Shown piece by piece: positions 54,126-64,000 of a DNA stretch of 64,000 nt; position 1 is the first letter of the stretch; each line of letters begins with the position of its first letter. The DNA is from the human T2T-CHM13v2.0 reference genome, Homo sapiens: the NCBI RefSeq assembly GCF_009914755.1, contig NC_060928.1; one strand, written 5' to 3'. Position numbers and translations under genes: made by a program. The notes beneath the pieces were generated by a model, which worked only from the letters and a program-made list of their open reading frames with translations, was not told where the DNA came from and made no database searches.

Positions 54126-55992
54126 TAGGTGATTCTTTTTACTAAAGAAACTTGGAGTGGTTATTGATTTAATAAGAGTTTAAGGGTCAACACACAACTC
54201 ACATATGGAGGCAAAAGGCTGGCTGCCTTATATCACTGAGAAGCCTGCAAATGAAGGAAGCAGATTTTACCCTTTTCTAATACGTGAATATTTGAGAGCT
54301 TGGAACAGCCATACCATGTTATCCATGAATACAGTTTAGTTGAAAATTACATGTGAAATTCATCAAAAGAAGAAAGTTCATGCCCTTCTTTAATTAGTGC
54401 CTTTCTTGAAGGAGAAAACTAACTTAATAAGAGATCACTAGTTAAAGATGTGATACCTTTTTAAGCTTTACTCAAAGTGCCAGCAATTATCTGGGATATA
54501 ATGGAGAAGAAATGGCCTGGGTGCCTATAACAAAAAAGAAGGTATATAGCAACTGATTCCAAAGGGTAATTTTAGAATATTAAAGAAGAGGTTTTTATTT
54601 AACATTTTGTTTTTAAAATAATGTATTTTCTATAAATTAATTAGGAAAAACACATTTAATAAGTCAGAATAAAAATAAAAAAATTCTGAAGACAGTTATG
54701 AGCTTCCCTGATCAGAATATAAAACAAATTCAGGACACATAGAATTACTGACATTACTGACCATACTAATGTATTGAGAAAATAAAGCTGGAAATTCCTG
54801 TGATAAGTTTAAGCAAAATGTTATGACGATGTACCCCAGAGAAAAGATAAACAAGAAAAGCTATAAAATAACTTACCTAATAAACACCCTAGAAGTCCAT
54901 ATTGGACAAGACCAGGTTAAAACGAACAAATTGTTTTACATGCTTTCTAATTTACAGTGAAAAAGTCAGAGACTCTAATACAACCAGAATCTATGATTAA
55001 AAAGGGTAAATATATATGGAGATATATATATATAAAATATATATATGTAAAATAAAACATACATGGCTGACTTTCTAAAACAAGTGGCATAAGTACAGGG
55101 TAATTTAATATTTTTTGCTGCATCTTGCTTAATGTTATCTGTTAGATAAAATTGTGCCCAATATAGACATTTCATTTGATTTTTTTAATTGTGAAAAATC
55201 TCAACATATTTGTAGTTTAAAGAGTAGGAAGAAGAATCAATCTATTTCTTGGTGCCTACTTGTAAAGCCTGAAATGCTCAGTCGTCGAAAGTAGAAACAA
55301 CTGTTCCAATACAATTCAAGTAACATTTTAATTGGGTCCATAAAAGAGAGGCAAAAAAAGCATAGAAAAGATTTGTTAATGTTTTTCTGTAGTGTTTCTC
55401 ACACGCTCACCCTGATCCAGCCTTATTATGAGCAGATAATTATGAAGTTTTCATTCCAGTATAAATCTCCTTGAAATCCTTAGGGTCAGGAGGAGAATGG
55501 AATCATAGAAGAGAAAAATTCATTCAGGGATTAGAAAGAGAAAGGTTTTTTGCTGTTGTTGTTGTTTTTTCTTTTTTTTTTCCCCATACCTTTTACTCCA
55601 GACTGTAAACATCAGATGTTATTTATTTAATAATTCATATTTTGCTTCATTCTAAAATCTATTTGAGGCAGGACATTACATATCTCCTCTTTGAAACAAT
55701 CCTGGAAAAAAGCTTCATTTTGAAGAGCAAAGAGCTAAAAGATAAGAGGGAACTTTCACAAGGTCAGAAATAAAATCAGAGCTGAGTCCAGCAATATTCA
55801 GAGATTTTCAGTCTTTTTATTTCTTGTTCCTAATTCTGAATTTTTCATTGGAAGGGCCAAAGTGATTCATTTTACTTTCACTCTTTTTGAAAATATTTTC
55901 TGGGCTAGAATGTGAGCCTTAAGTGATTTCTTATAAAGGTCGAGTGTTTCATAGTTTGAACTGTCTGAAACAATTAAATATATATTAACTGA

Positions 55993-56402
<410 letters not shown>

Positions 56403-56483
56403 TAAAACTAAGATTAAGTTTTCAGCTATAAAAGGTAGCTTACAGTATTAGTAAGCACTCAAAAAGTACATTAAATACTAAGT

Positions 56484-56530
<47 letters not shown>
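56484..56530. repeat. (TA)n(TG)n(TA)n compound microsatellite
   Basis: Direct reading. Confidence 0.9.
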
Positions 56531-56979
56531 GCACCTACGCGTATTTATTCATTCATTCTTTTTTCCTTTCCTTCTATCAAACTTTTATCTTAGTCAACTC
56601 ATATTTTAAATTGTTGAACACTGTTAAACAGAAATAAACAAAGCTGGAAAGCAGAGATACGTATAGGCAGCCCAACCTTCAGATCATTCTTCTTGTTCTG
56701 GCTTTGAGTGTTCCTCCTCATTTTTCTCTCTTTGCATTTGGGTTATTTTATAATAGCTCAGTTCTGCATTTTGAATAATTCTTTTACATTTACTAGTATT
56801 TCATGCTTGTTGTACCTTACACAACATGTTCATGAGTTTTATATCTTGAAGTATTTCTGGTTACCTAGGCTGGCACTGTTTTTCTAAGTCCTTAAAGACA
56901 ATCTATGAAGAAAACTTTGGTAGAATTCTTTCCACATGAATGTCAAAACTACTCTATTAATCTATGGACTACATATCTA

Positions 56980-57654
56980 TAGTATTCCCCCTTTATCCAA
57001 GACTCCCCCACCCTCCACAGTGAATCCTTGAAACAATGAATAGCACGGAACCCTATATTCACTATGATTTTCCTCTGCACATGTACCTATGATAAAGTTT
57101 AATTTACAAATTAGGCACAGTAAGAGATTAACAACCATAACCAATAATAAAATAGAACAATTATGACAATATACTGTTCATAATTTCACAGTTACATTTG
57201 TTCTTACTCTAGATCTTAGCAACCTCAGCATACTATTTTTTTTTCTTTTCTTATTAAGTTGAGAATACTCACCTTTCACTTAAAGTAAGCACTTTACAGA
57301 TTCTCTTTGGTATATCCGAATTGCCAACATCACCACTCTTGCTCTTTGAGGCCATTATGAAGTGAAATAAAGGTGACTTGAACACCAGCACTGCATACCC
57401 CAACAGTTGATCTGATAACAGAAGGCTACTAAGTGACTCAGGGGCAGGTTAGCATACACAGTGTGAGTGCACTGGGCAAAAGGTGATTTACATCCTGGAG
57501 TGGGCACCAGATGACATTACGCTACTCAGAGAGGCACACAATTTAAAATACATGAGTTATTCACTGAAGAAGCTTTTTATTTAATATTTTTGCACCACAG
57601 TTACAAGTAACTGAAACCGTGGAAAGCAAAACCAATGATCAGGAAGGACTACGG
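56980..57654 (+). mobile_element. MER44-family (Tigger) DNA transposon
   Basis: Degenerate TIRs tagtattccccc / ggactacgg; TA flanks; gtacctatgataaagtttaattt. Confidence 0.88.
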
Positions 57655-58288
57655 TATAGTCTATGTATTATGCTCTATACAGTTATATATCTATAAATAT
57701 GAAGATTGTCTTGAAGGGTGAGATCATTCAATTATCCATCATCTGAAGAAGTGGTTGTCATTCATACTGGAAGAGCAGGGGACAAGCTTTAGATAACAAT
57801 AGAAGGGTTAGTCTCACTTTTCTATACTCTCCAAGTGTAGCTAAGATGGTGCCCCTCCATGCTAAGGGTTAAAATGGCAGTGGCCAAAAGTGAGAAAGCA
57901 AGAGACATCAGCATGACCTGACTCTTTCTTGAGATTCCATGCCTCAAAAGATAGAGCTAATAAGTCTGGGAGTGCAAACCTCTTTTTATACATACATTGT
58001 TTAGATTTCTAATGGCCTCATTCTTTAATTTCTTTATATTACTAGATTGTATTTAGTTAAACCTGTTTGCAAGTGCCAGCCTTTCTCAGCTTTGCTGAAA
58101 GACATGAAAGAAAAGGGTCAGCAATTTAAGATGAAACAATTCTGGAAAACTCCAAAAAGAAATGGCATCCAGAGGAACAGTGCTGGTACCCCATGTTCAG
58201 TTATTCTGATCCAGAGTGAGTTCCTTCAGGTAGCAGCCTGTGAGGTTCTGGATTGAATATCATTTAAAGCAAGTGAAATGTCCTTACA

Positions 58289-58333
58289 TGTGCACATGTA
58301 CCACAGAACTTAAAGTATAATGCAAAAAAAAAA
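58289..58333 (+). mobile_element. Very short L1PA 3' end with poly(A)
   Basis: tgtgcacatgtaccacagaacttaaagtataat followed by gc and A10. Confidence 0.75.
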
Positions 58334-60619
58334 TACAGTGTCTCAAAGACTCAATACAGGAAGATAGGGTCTGGAAATCTAGTCCAGATGTATAAACATC
58401 TAGGTATGACATATAAACATATGTCTAGTGAAACGTAACAATCCAGTTATGACATATAAAGTCAAACTCCATTATATACTGTGGCATCCAAGAAAAACAT
58501 TAGATTGTTGGCCTGTCTGAAGTCCAAAGCCAAGACAATTTCCAAAAGAAGCCAAAAAAGAACAACTGTCAGTGTGTCCCCAACTCTGCCCAAGTGACGG
58601 TGAAGGATGCTGTCCTGAACATACTCACAGGGTCAGCAAGAGCATCCCAGATAGAGCTAGATGGGTCATCTGCCTCTGATCTGCTCCCTTGCTCTAATCC
58701 AAGCTTACCTGTCAACTTCCACAGTATAAATTGATTTATTGATAGACTTTCCAACAGGTGGATTCGAATTCTGCCCTGAGATGTTGGTATAAGTACTAGG
58801 ATCTTCTTGTCAGCTACTTATCATGAGAAAGTACTCCCTCAGTGTGTGGCTTACACATTAATCTTTCAGAGTTTTGTTTTAATGAGTCATAGCTGGTTTC
58901 TAACTCACTCTGAGTGTAAGTTACTTTAGACCTCCATATCTAAAGTTGAGACTTGAAAGCCACAAAGATACCACTGCACAAAAATGGCGCTGCCCCAGTA
59001 GCTCAGCAGTCTCCACCTCTGACATTTTATTCCTCTTTGACTTTCACAGTGTATGTCAAAGCCACATTTATGTACATCAATATTCACATTCTGAGTGAAT
59101 GATCGTTAAGTATAGAGAAGAAATAAATGACATAAATTACCTGCTATTAAGAAAAAGCGTCACAGTTGTAACTCGCAACTTGAGGAGTTGAATAGTAACA
59201 AAAATAGGAGAGAGTGGCAGAGAAGGAAATCTTCAACATAGTGACATTTCTCAAGAAATAAGTGGAGACATAACCTGAACATACTTCAACAATTTTAAAT
59301 ACAAATAAAATAAGAAGTCAAATATATTAGTGCTGCTTGACAATTCTATGATGAAATGAAGTTTCTTGCTACATGAAAATATTATCACTTCTGTTTTGCT
59401 CACTCCATCATAGAGTTCTGATTCATGATTCCAGGGATAGGCAGTATACATCAGTGTTTTGACAGCAGGAGATAACAGATATTAGGTGAATATTTCCCTC
59501 AAAAGAAATATAAGAATGAGTCTAGACATTATTTTCTCAGAGTTGCATCTAATTTCACATGCAATCAAGTTGCCCTTGGCAACTCAGGGAAAGTTAGCTT
59601 ATCTCCCTGAGTTCAGCATAAAAAAAAAAAAATCTAGTCAAGTATTCACATGAAATGTGTATTGTTTGGCTGAAAGAGCAGATATCCACATTTTGTTCTA
59701 AAGCATCAGATCCATTTGCCAAGCTAATACACAAGGGTGATGGAAAAGACAGCTGAATATTCTTTTTGAAGTTCTAAGTAGTTTAAAATGTGAATTCTTA
59801 TATAAGACTAATTTTTTATTTTGACATAATTATTTATATTCCTTTCAAACTAGGTGTGACAACTGATGATGACAACCGAACAGGGTACCCCAGGAGTGGA
59901 TGAGTGTTACAATCATCAAGCCGCACTGCATTCTCAGTAATTTCACTGTCACTATGATTTTCACTGCCTGGGATGCTAACGATTTCTGATGCCAGTAGGC
60001 CAACTAGGCTGTGAGGAAACCACTGTGCTCAGTAGTATTTGGTAAGAATTTGTGTGAGATTTTTCAGAAAGCAAATGGAGACTTCCCAGAGACAAGCAAA
60101 TTTTAAACTACTGAGACTCTAAAGAAGACATTTAACATTAGTAAAAATGACTTCAGTAGAAGGGAGATGGAAGAAATAAATATGAGGCTTCATTAGCTCA
60201 ATGAAAAATGGCCAGAACTTGCAGAAGAAAACAATGATTTGAGAAAGTGAAACTCATAATATTTGGCCCTTATTATAATTTTCTTCTATTCATATTTAGT
60301 TTTATTTAAGCCCATAATCAAGAAAAGAAAGACTTTCCTTGAAATTTGAAACTGGAATCAGAATGGTAAGATTCTATTCCCAAGTATTACAACTGTGTAC
60401 AGCCTTTGCATCTCTTTAAAATTTTGATTGAACTTTATCATCATCTTTTAGTAGACAAATGTAGGTTATAAGAAGTACATATTTAGAATTTTATGCAATT
60501 TTTTTGCAAATGAGATACCTTTGAGTTCCAGCTCTATGAATGAAATATAAATTCTTAGTCAAATAAATTGTTCCATTCCATCCTGAGCAATACAATGAGA
60601 TACTCAGACTTAAAAAAAA

Positions 60620-60815
60620 AAAAATTCCTGAGCCTAGATGTATATCAGAATAACCTGGCTAACCTTTAAAAAATACAGCTTCTTGGGCCTCACTCCAGGT
60701 TTGTTGAATAGCAGTAACCCACAAGAAATACCTAGAATCTATATTTTTCAAAAGCTCCCATAGAGAATCTCATGCAGTTATTCCTTGCCTGCAGACTTGT
60801 TTTTGAGACCCAATG
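60620..60815. mobile_element. MER5A-like
   Basis: atcagaataacctgg...aaaaatacag...gaatctatattttt. Confidence 0.6.
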
Positions 60816-60929
60816 GTTAAGCTATACTCACAAAGAAAGAAAAGCTATTATTTACTGAGCATCTACTACCAGGTACTAACTAGATGCTTCAAAATGCTAT
60901 CATAATGATTCTTCTTAATGCAGGGACAC

Positions 60930-61379
60930 TGTAGTGTACTGAATAGTGTCCCGCAATATTCTTATCCAACCAGACCCTTACAATGTAACCATTTTTGGAA
61001 ATAAGGTATTTGCAGATGTAATTAAAATGAGATTACACTAGATGAGGATGGACGCTAAATCTAATGACTGGTGTAAGCATCAGAAGAGGAGAGGGCACAC
61101 ATACATATAAAAAAAGGAGACAGACGGAGAGAAGAAAGCCATGAGAAGACGAAGGCAGAGACTGGAGTGATGCAGCTACAAGCCGAGGAACGCCAAGGAC
61201 TGCCCAGAGCCACTGGAAGCTAGAGGAGGCAAGGAGAGAGCCTTCAGAGGGAACATGGTCCTGCTGACACATTGATTTCAGACTTCTAGCCTCCAGAACT
61301 GGGAAAGAGTACACTTCTCTTGTTTGAAGTCCATCCAATTTGTGGAAGTTTGTAATGGCAACCCTAGGAAACTAATACA
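60930..61379 (+). mobile_element. MLT1C-like solo LTR nested in a minus-strand MIR
   Basis: tgtagtg...ggaaactaataca; TSD gacac/gacaa. Confidence 0.88.
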
Positions 61380-61529
61380 GACAAAGAGACTCAGAGAAGT
61401 TCAGCAATCCGCCTGAGTTATTCAGATAGAAGGTGATGAAGCAGGGTTTCAAACTCTGGCCCCATTGATTCCAAAGCACATGGACTAAAACAACACTGGC
61501 AGAGTTCAATAGACCAAGATTCAAGCAGC

Positions 61530-61712
61530 ATTTAGTCAAAGTGGGGTTCCTAGATGGCCTAGAGATCACCTGGGGACCTTGTTAAAAATGCGTGTACCTT
61601 GATACTACCTGGAATTACTCCATAAAAAAGTTTTGCAAGCTGGACCTAAGAACCTACTTTTAACAGGTATCTCAGAAAATCGTCACTCATATTAAAGTTT
61701 GACATCACTGAC
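61530..61712. mobile_element. MER5A-like
   Basis: atcacctggggaccttgttaaaaatgc...aaagtttgacatcactg. Confidence 0.6.
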
Positions 61713-63209
61713 TAGAGAGTTGGCAATCTTTAACGTGACATTTTTTGCTTTTCATTAAAGTATATCCTGAACATATGAAACAAATAAGTAAAATGACAAA
61801 TGTTATTAGAGAAATTAATGTGATGAAGTCAACATGTACTTTACTTCAAACCTTTTTTATGTAAAACCAGGATACTAAGGAAAATGTACATAACTAACAT
61901 TCATACTTCCCCCATATATGAAGCTGATCATGTTCCATTCTTTCCCAAACCTTGAAGAAGATAAGCAGATATTACACTTATTTGTATATCATAGGAGAGG
62001 AGGCTAAGATTGGAGCCTTAGAGAAATTTACAAATCACTCTCCTGTGGTTTATTGCTAGAGCATGACATTTTTTTCTGTCCATATATTGGAAAAAATTTA
62101 GTTGGGAATTAAATGAAAATAACATGGGTGGGAGAAGTGTATCTCACTTATTTTCACAGGAAAGCGGAGAGAAAGATAACAGGAAAAGGATATGTTGTTT
62201 TTTAAAGCCATGGAAAGAAAAGTAGAAAACAAGTGTGTGAGAAGCCAAAGAGAAGAACTCTATGTTAAAGAGAACTTCAAAAAGCCCTAGAGAGCATAGA
62301 AACTCAGGCTATCGGATGTGATCAATTTTTATCAGAGCATACTCAAAAGTTATTCATTAGTTTCTAAACCTTCATATATATTTAGACTGTGATTTTCTTG
62401 GAGATTTCACTCTATTAACAACATTAACTGGACTAAGAAGAACAAATGAACTGAAGAATTTATATTCTCCATCTAGACGATGAAGAAAAAGAAAAGTGAC
62501 GATTCTTCTCTGAAGTAGCCTCTTGTACTCAGCTTTTCTCTCACAAAAGTATTATTTCTATCTGTTGACCCTGAAGATGCAGTTAAAAATGTTTTCTTTT
62601 CAATCAAAAGGCTTCTTCTAGGGCAATTGTGTGTGTGTATGGTATGACTTGTCTTTTTCTTAAAGCACATCATAGCTGTTTAAAAGTTGTGTTTGTGTGC
62701 ATGTGTATGTGTGTGTATTTGGCTTTCTCAATTTGCTTTCGGAAAATGTAAACTAGAAGGAAATATTTTTTAAAAAGCAGTTACCAAAAAACTTTAACAG
62801 AAAGGAAAAGTAGGAAAAGAGTGGGACAGAAAGAAAAAAAATGGTAGACGATGAACTGTACTAAGGCACAAATAGCTTGGTGAGGATCTGTTTTAATTTG
62901 AATTAAAAATGTACTTGGCTTATTTATTCTTTATGATGTAATAACAACACATTTTAAATCCAAGGCACCAAAGAGATGAAAATTAATCAGTCCAAGCTCT
63001 TGTTCATCCTAAAATAAATAATGATAAAACTTTACTGGAAAATCTAATGATTACAAAGTACTTGGGAATCAATATTGAAAATAAGTTGAGATCCAAAACA
63101 GTTCCTTATTATGAAACTCAGTTTACTTGTTAGTACATTTCATTCTAAATTTAGACTCAACCATGAGTAACTTTGATCATAATGTAGATCAGAGTTATGT
63201 TTAGTTCTT

Positions 63210-63950
63210 GTCCTCATTGTACATAATCCGAGCAGCATTTGACCAGGTTGAACATGCAACTAGGTTTCTGCGATACCTCAAACAAATTGGCAGTATCTTC
63301 CTTCTTAGGCTCTATCTTCTTGATCTCCTTTACTAGTTTTACCTCTTGAATAAATATAATACCAAGTGGTCCAGAACTTGATACAAGTTTTTTTTTGTAA
63401 TCCCTTACTTGTATTCTTCCCTTGAGAAAACTCATCTGTTTCTATTATTCATAATATCATCAATGCCCTGATAAATATGAAATTTGTGCCTCTAGTCCAG
63501 CTGTCTCCTTTGAGTTCTATACTGGTATATCCAGCTGCCAATATGCCATTTCTACTTGGCGACATATTGAACACTTTTAATGTAACATGGCTAAAACATC
63601 ACCTTGTATTTTTCCTTCCAAATTCATTGTCCAAAGACTTCCCTAGGAAATGGTACCACTATCTCTGCAATTATACAGAACAAAAGCCCGCAGCTTTCTT
63701 GATTCTTCCCTTTTTTTCACATCCCTAACCTTCCCACATGGAAGGTCTGTCGCTCTTCTTCTGTAATGTAACCCAAATTTCACTCCTAGAATCCCAACCA
63801 TCTTTCCTTTCTCCTGATATAAAACAATCGACTTGTAACTGCTCTAACAGCCCTCATAATCATCAGCCTCCACATCCCAAACTTTATTCTTCATACAGAA
63901 GTCAGAGTGAATCAAATCACATCACACCCAAATTTTATTTTAAAAGTTTT
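63210..63950 (+). mobile_element. L2 fragment
   Basis: gcagcatttgacca; aacatggctaaa; ggaaatggtaccactatc. Confidence 0.7.
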
Positions 63951-64000
63951 AAGTAAATAACTTACTTATTATGTAAGTTACAATTGTGTTACTTACTTAT

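Noticed and set aside
63951-63999. Nested short inverted repeats (taacttac/gtaagtta)
   Set aside because: Low complexity and cut by the window edge

Overview
AT-rich primate (Alu-containing, probably human) intergenic or deep-intronic DNA. I can support no protein-coding gene, RNA gene or CpG island. The ORF track reflects repeats or chance ORFs. The window is dominated by interspersed repeats: Alus, MIR/L2 relics, several L1s, many MaLR/ERVL LTRs, a two-LTR THE1 element, a two-LTR class III ERV nested in MER21C, and MER44/MER5 DNA-transposon relics. Subfamily names come from my memory of consensus sequences and need RepeatMasker/Dfam confirmation. I found no evidence of a new multi-gene system. 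The most notable sequence-level signals are: (1) a 272-bp, 270/272-identical local templated insertion with a fold-back palindrome and microhomologies at its junctions; (2) an 83-nt near-perfect hairpin; (3) two TSD-flanked L1s lacking poly(A), one holding only 5'UTR+ORF1; (4) a class III ERV with a degenerate tRNA-Ser-like PBS and a collapsed env-like ORF.
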